A DNA stretch of 64,000 nt from Planctomycetota bacterium (GTDB taxonomy: Bacteria; Planctomycetota; SZUA-567; JAKLDR01): assembly GCA_022703445.1 (NCBI GenBank), contig JAKLDR010000003.1:36407-100406 (forward strand). Direction: 5' to 3'. Positions 1 to 8,781 of the stretch are shown here, piece by piece. Below the pieces are notes generated by a model. The model made no database searches. It was not told the origin of the DNA and saw only the letters and a program-made list of their open reading frames with translations. Every line of letters starts with the position of its first letter. The first letter of the stretch is position 1. A program made the position numbers and the translations under genes.

Positions 1-2
1 AC

Positions 3-617
3 GGCGCCGGCCTCGACGCGGTGGTCCAGAACGGCTACCTCGGCGGCCTGCTGGCCGCCAAACACCTGCTGGGTCTCGGCTGCCGGCGGATCGCCTGGTT
101 CGGAATGAGCGGCGACGACTTCCATCCGCTGGACCGGCTGGGCGGGGCGCTGGCCGGGCTTGCCGCGGCCAACCCGAGCGTTTCCCCCGAGCTCCGGTTC
201 GCACCGAGAGGCGGCGACCTCGAGGCCGAGGCCAGGCGGATGCTCTCGGGTGCGAAGCGGCCGGAGGCGGTCATCGCCCTGTGGCAGGGCTACACCTTCG
301 CCGTCAAGCGGGCGGCGGACGGCCTGGGCCTCAAGCTGGGCCGCGACTTGGAGCTCGTGGGTTGGTGCGCCGAGGAAATGTACGACGGCTTCTACCGCCA
401 GTCGCTGGGAAGCGGCCCGCTGCCGGCCACGGTCACCTGGAGCCTCGAGACCATGGCGGCCACGGCGGTCTCGCGCCTGGCCGAACGGCGCGAGGCTCCG
501 GGGCTGCCGCCGCTCTGGCTGAAGATCCCGGTCCAGCTGCGACCGGCCACGGATGCCGGTGCGGAGGCGGTCAGTTCGGCGGCGCGGGGGGAATCGAAGC
601 GGGGGGCGCGGCGATGA
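3..617 (+). CDS. LacI-type sugar-binding domain transcriptional regulator (5' end outside window; paralog of 29833..30921)
   Basis: Frame is open from the left edge (GAGLDAVVQNGYLGGLLAAKHL...RRIAWFG...ELVGW...TVTWS) and aligns by eye with the C-terminal domain of 29833..30921. Confidence 0.8.
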   Translation, partial: GAGLDAVVQNGYLGGLLAAKHLLGLGCRRIAWFGMSGDDFHPLDRLGGALAGLAAANPSVSPELRFAPRGGDLEAEARRMLSGAKRPEAVIALWQGYTFAVKRAADGLGLKLGRDLELVGWCAEEMYDGFYRQSLGSGPLPATVTWSLETMAATAVSRLAERREAPGLPPLWLKIPVQLRPATDAGAEAVSSAARGESKRGARR

Positions 618-3469
618 TCGCGAATGCGTTTGGATCGATGGCCCTGGTCTGCGTCCTGTGTGCGACCCGGGCGCTCGCGGCCAACGGAGGCCCCGACGCC
701 CTGGCCGCGGCGGCGGCCAAGGCCGCGCGGTGCGATCAGGGCCTCTGCGTCGTGCTCGGCGACGCCGACGGGAAGCTCTCGACCGCCCTGGCCAAGGGCA
801 GCCGTTTCTACGTGCAGGCCCTGTCCGGAGAGCGCGAAGGCGCCGAGAAGATCCGGCGCACGCTTGACGAGGCCGGTCTCGCCGGGCGCTCCTCGGCAGT
901 ATGGCGGCGGACGCCGCACCTGCCGTACCTCGACGATCTGCTCAACCTGGTGGTGGCCAATGGCTGGGGCCGGCCGGAGCTCAAGGGCCTGACGCTCTCC
1001 GAGATCGCGCGGGTCCTCTGCCCCGGGGGCGTCGCAGTCGTGGGCGCCGACGCCGGACTCGACGCCGATGCCCTCCTGGCCGAGGCCGGCAAGTTGAAGC
1101 TCGTCAAGGCCGAGAAACTCGCCCTGCCCGGCGCGTGGATCAGGCTCACCAAGCAGATGAACCCGGACTTCGGCGAGTGGACCGGCGTAGGCGGCGGGCC
1201 CGGGCTCACCCTGGTCTCGCCGGACAAGGCCTTCACCGCCCCGTACCGGGAGATCCGCTGGTGCCAGGGCCCGACCTGGGGCGCTTTCGGAACCGCCGCC
1301 TACGCCGGCGGGCGCTCCTTCCATCTGGAAAGCACCTACATATCTCCGACCGCCAACCAGTTGTGGCTGGCAGCCCGCGACGCCCACAACGGCTGCGACC
1401 TCTGGCGAGAGAAGATCACCGGCGGCGCCGGGCTCTGCGCCGACGAGAAGCGCGTCTACTGCGCCGACGGCAAGGAACTGGTCGGCCGCGACGCGGCCAC
1501 CGGCAAGGTCGACCGGCGCTACGGGCCGCCCGCCGCCACCAGCATCGGCGTCATGGTCAGCTCGCTGGAAGACTGTCTGATCGTCAGCGGCCAGGTCATC
1601 GAGAAGGAGACCGGCAAGGTCCGCTGGAGCCGCCGCGCGAGCTGCCAGCCGGCCGGCGCGGACGGCGCGGTCTACGTCTACGACGGCCAGGGCGTGGAGG
1701 CGGTGAAGCTCGCCGACGGCTCGACGCTCTGGAAGTCCGCGCCCGCGGAGCTCTCCACGCCCAAGAACGCCTTCCGCGTCGCGATCTCCGTCAGAACGGA
1801 TACGGTTTTCCTCCAGCGCGACTCGCTGCAGGAGCCGCAGCACGTCCTCTCAGCCCTGGACCGGGCCACCGGCGCGCTGCGCTGGTCGCGCCCCTACGCC
1901 GGCACGGTGCTGCCCTACGCCGACGCCGTCTACATGATGGGCCAGGTGAACATCAAGGGCAACCCCGGGCCGACCTGGACGGAGTTGGACATCAAGACCG
2001 GCCAGGAGAAGCGCAAGCTCGATCCTCAGGTGGTGACCGGCGCGCGCTGCTGGGCGCCCACCGCCACCGAGCGCTTCATCACCAGCATAGAGGAGTCCTT
2101 CTACTTCGACCGGATCGCCTTCAAGGAGGTGCGCACCGGCCGCGGGGTGCGCTCGGGGTGCAAGATCGGCCCGGCCTTCGCCTACGGGCTGATGTACGAC
2201 CTGCCCCACACCTGCAACTGCGGCACGGTGCTGCGCGGGGTCTCGGCGCTATCCGGAGGCAGCGCGCTCCCGAAGGTCGAGGCCGCTCCGGCGCTGGTGA
2301 GCCTCGGGGCAGCCCCGGCCGGCGCGGCCGCCGCCCCCGGCGACTGGCCGCTATACCGCGGCACCCCGCAGCGGAGCTCCGCGACTGCCACGGAACTGCC
2401 CGCCGAGCTCAAGCCCGCCTGGTCCGCGGCGGTCGGCAAGTCGGCGCTGAGCCAGGCGACCGGAGCGGCGGGGCGCGTCTTCGTCGCCGAGCCCGACGCC
2501 CACCGGGTGGTGGCGCTCGACCTGGCCACCGGCAAGCCGGCCTGGACCTTCGTTGCCGAGGGGCGCGTGCCGCTGCCGCCGACCTATCACAAGGGCCTGG
2601 CCCTCTTCGCCGACAACGCCGGCTGGGTCTATTGCCTGGACGCCGCCAACGGCCGGCTCGTGTGGCAGCTCCAGGCCGCTCCGGAGCAGAAGTACATGGG
2701 CGCCTTCGGCCAGCCCGAGTCGGCCTGGCCGGTGAAGAGCGGCGTGCTGGTGCTGGGCGAGACGGCCTGCTTCTCCGCCGGCCGCACCGGGATCACCGAC
2801 GGCGGGATCACCGTCTACGGCGTCGACCCGGCCACCGGCCAGGGGCGCTGGAAGAAGACCCTGGCGCGGCTCATGCCCAACGACCTGCTGGTCGGCGACG
2901 GGACGAACCTCTTCCTGGAGCGGGTCCGCCTGAGCGCCGCCGACGGGAACGATGCCAAGCTGGGCCGGGGCTGGGACGAGATGGTCCTCCAGTCCCACGG
3001 CTACGAGCAGAACGCCGGCAACTCGATCCTCGACCTGCTCAATTCCTCCGACCCGGGCCAGATCTGGATCCGCAAGAGCCAGCCGGGCAACGCACGCGGC
3101 GGAGGGCAGGCCGTGGCCTTCGATAAAGAACGTACAGTCATGACCGGCCGAGTGGCGGTGCCGCCCAAGTTCACGCTGACCGAAGCCGAGGTGCGCGCGG
3201 CTGGCGCCTCGACCTGGACGAACCGGAGCTACACCCATCAGATGCTGGGCCTGGTCCTGGCCGGACCGCGGGTCTACTGCGCGGGCATCCCCCAGTACCG
3301 GGACAGCGAGGACAAGCCGGCGCTCTGGATTCTGTCCTCGGCCGATGGCAAGGAGCTGCAGAAGCTCCCGCTCGACGGGACACCGGTCATCGACGGGCTC
3401 TCGGCGGTCGGCGGCCGGCTGCTGCTGAGCACCGCCGACGGCCGGCTGATGTGCTTCGAGAAGAAGTGA
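614..3469 (+). CDS. Secreted PQQ-like beta-propeller repeat protein with N-terminal class I methyltransferase-like domain
   Basis: ATG 614 overlaps the upstream stop (ATGA); signal peptide; GLCVVLG...LPYLDDLLNLVV methyltransferase-like segment; DWPLYRGTPQRS and many ALDxxTGxxxW repeats. Confidence 0.8.
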   Translation: MIANAFGSMALVCVLCATRALAANGGPDALAAAAAKAARCDQGLCVVLGDADGKLSTALAKGSRFYVQALSGEREGAEKIRRTLDEAGLAGRSSAVWRRTPHLPYLDDLLNLVVANGWGRPELKGLTLSEIARVLCPGGVAVVGADAGLDADALLAEAGKLKLVKAEKLALPGAWIRLTKQMNPDFGEWTGVGGGPGLTLVSPDKAFTAPYREIRWCQGPTWGAFGTAAYAGGRSFHLESTYISPTANQLWLAARDAHNGCDLWREKITGGAGLCADEKRVYCADGKELVGRDAATGKVDRRYGPPAATSIGVMVSSLEDCLIVSGQVIEKETGKVRWSRRASCQPAGADGAVYVYDGQGVEAVKLADGSTLWKSAPAELSTPKNAFRVAISVRTDTVFLQRDSLQEPQHVLSALDRATGALRWSRPYAGTVLPYADAVYMMGQVNIKGNPGPTWTELDIKTGQEKRKLDPQVVTGARCWAPTATERFITSIEESFYFDRIAFKEVRTGRGVRSGCKIGPAFAYGLMYDLPHTCNCGTVLRGVSALSGGSALPKVEAAPALVSLGAAPAGAAAAPGDWPLYRGTPQRSSATATELPAELKPAWSAAVGKSALSQATGAAGRVFVAEPDAHRVVALDLATGKPAWTFVAEGRVPLPPTYHKGLALFADNAGWVYCLDAANGRLVWQLQAAPEQKYMGAFGQPESAWPVKSGVLVLGETACFSAGRTGITDGGITVYGVDPATGQGRWKKTLARLMPNDLLVGDGTNLFLERVRLSAADGNDAKLGRGWDEMVLQSHGYEQNAGNSILDLLNSSDPGQIWIRKSQPGNARGGGQAVAFDKERTVMTGRVAVPPKFTLTEAEVRAAGASTWTNRSYTHQMLGLVLAGPRVYCAGIPQYRDSEDKPALWILSSADGKELQKLPLDGTPVIDGLSAVGGRLLLSTADGRLMCFEKK

Positions 3470-3483
3470 GTGCCTGGTGCGCT

Positions 3484-3585
3484 GGGTGTATGTGGGTGTG
3501 TGGGTGCGCGAGTGTGTGGGTGGGGAGGCCGACGTCCGGGCTCCGATCACTCACACACTCACATACCCACAACTCACCCACGCTC
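3484..3585. repeat. Intergenic imperfect hairpin built from 8-bp GGGTGTGT / ACACACCC-like units
   Basis: GGGTGTGT, GGGTGCGC, GAGTGTGT, GGGTGGGG at 3494-3525 face ACACACTC, ACATACCC and similar units at 3553-3585. Confidence 0.75.
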
Positions 3586-3613
3586 TGAGCACTGGCCCAC
3601 GCGGAGGTTCCCC

Positions 3614-6600
3614 ATGCATCGAGTCCTGATCTGCGCACTGTCCCTCGGCCTGGCGACGGCGTCCGCCACGGCGGCGGAGCCGGCCCCGCCCAAGTTCGTC
3701 AAGAAGCCGGCCGTCGCCAGGGCCGGCGATAGGACCACCATTAGCTTCGCCGTCGACCGCGAGACCGACGTGGCCGTCTACATCGAAGACGCCAAGGGCA
3801 CGATCGTCCGGCACCTGGTCGCCGGCGTCCTCGGGAAGAACCCGCCCGAGCCGCTCAAGGCCAACTCGCTGGAGCAGTCGCTGGAGTGGGACGACAGGGA
3901 CGACGACGGCAAGCAGGCGGCCGGGGGCCCCTTCAAGATCCGCGTGGGCCTGGGCCTCAGCGCCAGCTACGCCGGCCAGCCCTTCGCGGCCAAGGGACAG
4001 TCGGGTCCGGACGCGGTCGAAAACGTTGCCGGCCTGGCCTGCGCCGGCGACGGGCGGCTCTTGGTCCTGGACAGGGGCGTGGCTTTCGAGGGCGACCACT
4101 TCTGGATGTACAAGCTGCACGCATTCCTGCGCGACGGCTCCTACGAGCGAACCATCAAGCCCTTCCCGCCGGGCACGCCGCCCGAGCGCGCCAAGGGTGC
4201 CTTCGTCAACGCCTACGGCAAGTTGAACCCACTGGTCCACTCCGTCCCCAAGATGTCCTTCTACACCCACGACGAGGTCCCGGGCCAGCCGGCGGTGCTG
4301 CCCGACGGCCGGCTGGTGCTGGCGGTCACCCCGGGACTGGCGAACCTCTCGCCCAAGGGCGGCATCGCCCACCTGGCGACGCTCGACGCCGACGGCGGGA
4401 TCTCCAGCGAGACCTACGCCGGCCCGGTGCTCAGGGCCGGCCAGGGCTGGACCGGCTTTCCCTGCCTGGCCGCCTCTGGGGATGGCAAGGCGGTCTACCT
4501 CACCGGCCTCGGTCCGATGGATCACTACGGGCCATCCAAGCCCACCCACGCGGTCTACATCGCGAAGCTGCCCGAGCGCGGCCCGGCGGAGGTCTTCTTC
4601 GGCGACCCGGCCAAGGCCGGCGCCGACGATGCCCACCTGAGCGACCCGCGCGGCCTGGCCGTCGACGGCAAGGGGCACCTGCTGGTGGCCGACCGCGGCA
4701 ACAACCGGGTGCTGGTCCTCAACGAGAAGGACCGGTCGGTGGCCGGCTCGATCCCGGTCGACGCCCCCTTCTGGGTCGCGGTCCATCCCAAGACCGGCGC
4801 GCTCTACGTCGCCTGCAAGGAGACCAGCCTGGTCAAGCTTGCCGGCTGGGACAACCCCAAGGAGCTGGCCCGCGCCGACTTTGCCAGTCTGAGGGCCAAG
4901 ACCCCCGAGCCCTACCGCTGGAGCTACCGGATGATGTTCGCGCTGGATCCGTCGGGCGCGGCGCCGCGCATCTGGGTCGCCACCAGCAGCGCTCTGCCCC
5001 AGGGCCGCGCACTGGCCGGCCTGGACGACCAGGGCGAGCGCTTCTCCGAGCCGGCTCCGGCCAGGTTCTTCATGCCTCCGCTCTTCCGCCGGCCGGCCGC
5101 CGACCCGACCCGCCGGGAGGTGGGCACCTCAACCGACAACGATTTCCGGATCCTGGACGAAACGACCGGCGCCTTCCGCACGCTCGCCGGCCTATCCGCC
5201 CAGGGCCGCAGCCATCGGATCGGGCCGGACGGGGCCATCTACGCTCAGGATCACTGGGGCAAGGGCGGCGGCGTCTGCCGCTGGGACCGCAACGGCAAGC
5301 CGCTGCCCTTCGCGGCTACGGCCTCCGACCCGTGGCTGCGCGGGCGGATGCCCTATGGCAGCAACGGGTTCACCGACTGGGAGCGCGACTTCTCGGTGGC
5401 CCGCAACGGCGACATCTACGTCAAGGCCCAGGGGCCGGTCTACCACGGGCTCAGCACCGTCCGGGTCTACGACCGGGACGGCAACTTCAAGCGCGTCGCC
5501 ATCCACTCGGTGACGGAGGGCGGCTACGGCCCGCGGCTTGACGCGCGCGGCAACCTCTACTTCATGGAGGCCTGCAAGGAGCCCGGCCGGCTCTGGCCCG
5601 ACGAGTTCAAGGGGCGCCTGATCAACTCGGCACACGAGGCCTGGATCGACAACATCTACGGCAGCATCGTCAAGTTCGGCCCGGAGGGCGGCGCGCTCTG
5701 GTACCAGTCCGATTCGCTGTCGCCGGTGACCTACGAGGGCTGGGGCGTGGCCTTCGAGAAGGGCCGGCCCGGAGGCAAGAAGACGCTGTCCGAGCTCAAG
5801 ACGACGGGCGGCGCGCTCGTCGGGACCATCGCCCAGGCGCCGGTGTGGCTGGCCTTCCCGCGGATGGGCATCGACGCCGCGGCCCACAAGAAGGTGACCC
5901 TGCGGCTGAAGAACGGCACCGGCGGCGACAAGGCGACGCTCGCCTGGCAAACGGTGTCCGGGGACGGCAGGGAATTCACCAAGTCCGTGGAGATCAAGCC
6001 CAACAGCGACTTCACCGAGTACGTCTTCGACCTAGCCGGTGAGGCCGGCTGGAAGGGCGCCCTCTGGAACCTGCAGCTGAGCCCCACCAACGCGGCCTCG
6101 GGCTCCTTCCAGATCGCCTCGGTCCGGATCGGCGAGGCCGACTCCAAGCTGGCCTGGAACTTCGACGCCGAGGACTCGCCCGAACTCCGCCTGCCGGCGG
6201 CCATGAAGAAGGAGAAGGTGGCGGCCAACCACCGGAACTCCGCGGTCGAGCTCCAGGGTGCCAAGTGGTGGCGGCCGGGGTTCTCGCCGATCGCCAGCGG
6301 GGCCACCGGCTTCTGCGCCTGTACCGCCTCGGACTTCGACGTCGACGACTTCGGCCGGGTCTTCGCGCCGGACACCGGCCGTTTCCGGGTGGGGGTGCTC
6401 GACGCCAACGGCAACGAGATTGCCTCCATCGGCGAGTACGGCAACCAGGATTGCTGCGGGCCGGACAGCTACGTCCTCGACCCGGCCGGCAGGTTCCTGC
6501 GCCCTCGGAAGGCCGACGACCCCAAGGAGATCGCCAGCCCATCGGCCAAGCCGGAGATCGGCCTGGCCTGGGTCATCGGCGTCGCTGTCACCGACCGGCA

Positions 6601-6685
6601 CGCCTACGTGGACGACCTCATCAACAAGCGCATCCTGCGCCTCCGGCTCGGCTACGCCGCGGAGGAGACGGTCGGAGTGCCGTGA
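3614..6685 (+). CDS. Secreted FlgD-like Ig plus NHL/SMP-30-type beta-propeller protein with an inserted CBM-like domain
   Basis: GGAGG at 3603-3607, ATG 3614, signal peptide; ISFAVDRETDVAVYIEDAKGTIVRHL (FlgD-like); PRGLAVDGKGHLLVADRGNNRVLVL (NHL). Confidence 0.7.
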   Translation: MHRVLICALSLGLATASATAAEPAPPKFVKKPAVARAGDRTTISFAVDRETDVAVYIEDAKGTIVRHLVAGVLGKNPPEPLKANSLEQSLEWDDRDDDGKQAAGGPFKIRVGLGLSASYAGQPFAAKGQSGPDAVENVAGLACAGDGRLLVLDRGVAFEGDHFWMYKLHAFLRDGSYERTIKPFPPGTPPERAKGAFVNAYGKLNPLVHSVPKMSFYTHDEVPGQPAVLPDGRLVLAVTPGLANLSPKGGIAHLATLDADGGISSETYAGPVLRAGQGWTGFPCLAASGDGKAVYLTGLGPMDHYGPSKPTHAVYIAKLPERGPAEVFFGDPAKAGADDAHLSDPRGLAVDGKGHLLVADRGNNRVLVLNEKDRSVAGSIPVDAPFWVAVHPKTGALYVACKETSLVKLAGWDNPKELARADFASLRAKTPEPYRWSYRMMFALDPSGAAPRIWVATSSALPQGRALAGLDDQGERFSEPAPARFFMPPLFRRPAADPTRREVGTSTDNDFRILDETTGAFRTLAGLSAQGRSHRIGPDGAIYAQDHWGKGGGVCRWDRNGKPLPFAATASDPWLRGRMPYGSNGFTDWERDFSVARNGDIYVKAQGPVYHGLSTVRVYDRDGNFKRVAIHSVTEGGYGPRLDARGNLYFMEACKEPGRLWPDEFKGRLINSAHEAWIDNIYGSIVKFGPEGGALWYQSDSLSPVTYEGWGVAFEKGRPGGKKTLSELKTTGGALVGTIAQAPVWLAFPRMGIDAAAHKKVTLRLKNGTGGDKATLAWQTVSGDGREFTKSVEIKPNSDFTEYVFDLAGEAGWKGALWNLQLSPTNAASGSFQIASVRIGEADSKLAWNFDAEDSPELRLPAAMKKEKVAANHRNSAVELQGAKWWRPGFSPIASGATGFCACTASDFDVDDFGRVFAPDTGRFRVGVLDANGNEIASIGEYGNQDCCGPDSYVLDPAGRFLRPRKADDPKEIASPSAKPEIGLAWVIGVAVTDRHAYVDDLINKRILRLRLGYAAEETVGVP

Positions 6686-6726
6686 AGGATGGGTGGAAGG
6701 CGGAATGCCCTTCTTCCGCTCAGTCC

Positions 6727-6749
6727 CCCTCTCCCCTTGAGGGAGAGGG
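6727..6749. repeat. REP-like perfect hairpin CCCTCTCCC-CTTGA-GGGAGAGGG
   Basis: 9-bp perfect stem with 5-nt loop, intergenic, after the stop at 6685. Confidence 0.7.
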
Positions 6750-6781
6750 AATCTGCAAGGAAGACTTAATTCCTCCCCGCC

Positions 6782-6810
6782 TTGACCGGGTCCGGCCGGG
6801 CCCCTACAAT
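6782..6810 (+). promoter_or_regulatory. sigma70-type promoter, probably giving a leaderless mRNA
   Basis: TTGACC (6782-6787) - 17 nt - TACAAT (6805-6810); ATG follows 7 nt later, no Shine-Dalgarno. Confidence 0.7.
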
Positions 6811-6817
6811 CCGGGCC

Positions 6818-7714
6818 ATGATCGATCTGAAGAAGCTGCTCAAGGACAGGCGCGTCCTGGTCTCCGACGGGGCCTGGGGCACGGAGCTGGCCAAGCGGGG
6901 CCTCGGCGCCGGAGAGGTGCCCGAGCGGTGGAACGTTGAGCGGCCGGACGAGGTCCGCGGCGTGGCCGCGTCCTATGTGGCGGCCGGCAGCGACATCATC
7001 CTCACCAACAGCTTCGGCGGGACGAGCATCAAACTGGCGCGCTCGGGGCTGGCCGGCCGGGCCGGTGAGTTCAACCTCGCTGCCGCGGAACTCTCGAAGA
7101 AGGCGGCGGCAGGGAAGGCGCTGGTCTTCGCCTCGGTCGGATCCTGCGGGGAGATCCTCGAGCCCTACGGGGAGCTCACGCCGGAGAAGGCCCAGGCCAG
7201 CTTCGCCGAGCAGGTCCGCTGGCTGGCCGAGGGCGGGGCCGACGGCATCGTCATCGAGACCCTGGCCGACCTGGGCGAGGCCAGGATCGCGCTGTCCGCC
7301 GCTAAGGAGTCCTGCCGCCTGCCCGTCGTGGTATCGATGACCTTCGAGAAGGGTCCGGGCGGGATCGCCACCATGATGGGCGTGCGGCCCGAGCAGGCCG
7401 CCGCCGAGCTCACCGCCGCCGGTGCCGACATGGTCGGCGCCAACTGCGGCGCGGGCATCGAGCAGATGATCGAGGTGACCCGGGCGCTCCGCGCCGCCAC
7501 CAAGCTGCCGCTCTGGATCAAGCCCAACGCCGGCAAGCCCGAGCTGGTCGGCGGCCGGACCGTGTACCGCGAGACGCCGGCCGAGTTCGCGGCGCGGGCA
7601 GCGGAACTCGTCGCCGCCGGTGCCGCGGTGGTCGGCGGCTGCTGCGGCACGACGCCCGAGCACATCCGGCTGATGGTCGAGGCCGTGGCCAGGCTGCGGG
7701 CGGCCAAGAGATGA
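6818..7714 (+). CDS. Homocysteine S-methyltransferase family protein (stand-alone MetH N-terminal domain)
   Basis: DGAWGTEL, DIILTNSFG, VGANC, KPNAG, VGGCCGTTPEHI motifs. Confidence 0.92.
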   Translation: MIDLKKLLKDRRVLVSDGAWGTELAKRGLGAGEVPERWNVERPDEVRGVAASYVAAGSDIILTNSFGGTSIKLARSGLAGRAGEFNLAAAELSKKAAAGKALVFASVGSCGEILEPYGELTPEKAQASFAEQVRWLAEGGADGIVIETLADLGEARIALSAAKESCRLPVVVSMTFEKGPGGIATMMGVRPEQAAAELTAAGADMVGANCGAGIEQMIEVTRALRAATKLPLWIKPNAGKPELVGGRTVYRETPAEFAARAAELVAAGAAVVGGCCGTTPEHIRLMVEAVARLRAAKR

Positions 7715-8745
7715 GCGGCCCCGCGCCAGCCGAGCCCCGGCGCAGCCCCTGGCGCCGCACGCTGCTCATCGTCGCCGCCAACGCCGGCCTGCTGCTCCTC
7801 GGACTGGCCGCGCTGCTCTGGCTCGACTGCCGCCGCACCGGCGGGGTCGCGCTGGCCTTCGCCTCGGACGATCCGCCGGTCCCGGCACGCGACTGCATCG
7901 CGCGGCTGGGGGGGCAGGAGTGGGCACTGCGGCATCTGCGCCTCTACCTGGCCATGCCCGGCTGGGTGGCGCCGCACCGCGCCCAGGCGGTGGGGCTGCT
8001 CGGACCGTGCGGGCCGGCGGCCCGGGAGCGCCTCCTGGCAACGCTGGCCGACGACGACCCGGCGGTGCGCGCCGCGGCGGCCCGCGGAACCGGGATGCTC
8101 GGCCGCGATGCCGCCGATGCCCAGCCCGGGCTCGCCCGCATGCTCTCCGACCCTTCGGCCGAGGCCCGCGCCGCGGCGGCCGGGGCCCTGGGCCTGGCCG
8201 GCCCGCCCTTCAGTTCCGCCGTCGGCCCCCTGGCCACCACCCTGGAGATCGACCCCGACGGGCAGGCCCGCGCCGCGGCGGCCGAAGCCCTCGGCCGGAT
8301 CGGGCCCATCGAGCCCGTGGCGGAGACCGCGGTCAAGGCCCTGGCCGGGGCCCTGGCCGACCGGGACTGGCTGGTCTGCGACGCCGCCGCCGAGGCCCTG
8401 GGGCGCTTCGGGCCCGCGGCGCGGCCGGCGGTTCCGGTGCTGATCCGGGCGCTGGGAGCGCGCCCCGAGGGCCGCTCCGAGCAGGCCGACGCCCTGGCCC
8501 GCTCCGCGGCCATCGGCGCTCTGGGCCGGCTCGGCCCGGCCGCGGCGGAGGCCGCGCCGACCCTGACCCGCCTGCTGGGCGACCGCAAGCCGGTGGTGCG
8601 CGCCGCCGCCGCCGAGGCGCTCGGCCGGATCGGCCCGTCAGCCGTTCCGTCGCAGGCGGCGCTGGAACGCACGCTCATGGACGAGTCCCCCGAAGTGCGC
8701 GCGGCCGCCTCGGCGGCGCTGCGGGCGCTGCGCGGCGGGAAGTGA
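7711..8745 (+). CDS. Membrane-anchored HEAT (PBS lyase-like) repeat protein
   Basis: N-terminal hydrophobic helix; repeated L.D.dp.VRaAAAeALGriG units; ATGA overlap with the upstream gene. Confidence 0.85.
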   Translation: MSGPAPAEPRRSPWRRTLLIVAANAGLLLLGLAALLWLDCRRTGGVALAFASDDPPVPARDCIARLGGQEWALRHLRLYLAMPGWVAPHRAQAVGLLGPCGPAARERLLATLADDDPAVRAAAARGTGMLGRDAADAQPGLARMLSDPSAEARAAAAGALGLAGPPFSSAVGPLATTLEIDPDGQARAAAAEALGRIGPIEPVAETAVKALAGALADRDWLVCDAAAEALGRFGPAARPAVPVLIRALGARPEGRSEQADALARSAAIGALGRLGPAAAEAAPTLTRLLGDRKPVVRAAAAEALGRIGPSAVPSQAALERTLMDESPEVRAAASAALRALRGGK

Positions 8746-8781
8746 CCGGCGGCACCGTCCCCGGACGAAACGGAACCGATT

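Noticed and set aside
281-3613. Longer starts at 281 and 3470 for the two exoprotein genes
   Set aside because: They overlap the regulator gene or translate the repeat hairpin; the ATGs at 614 and 3614 have coupling or an RBS plus signal peptides.
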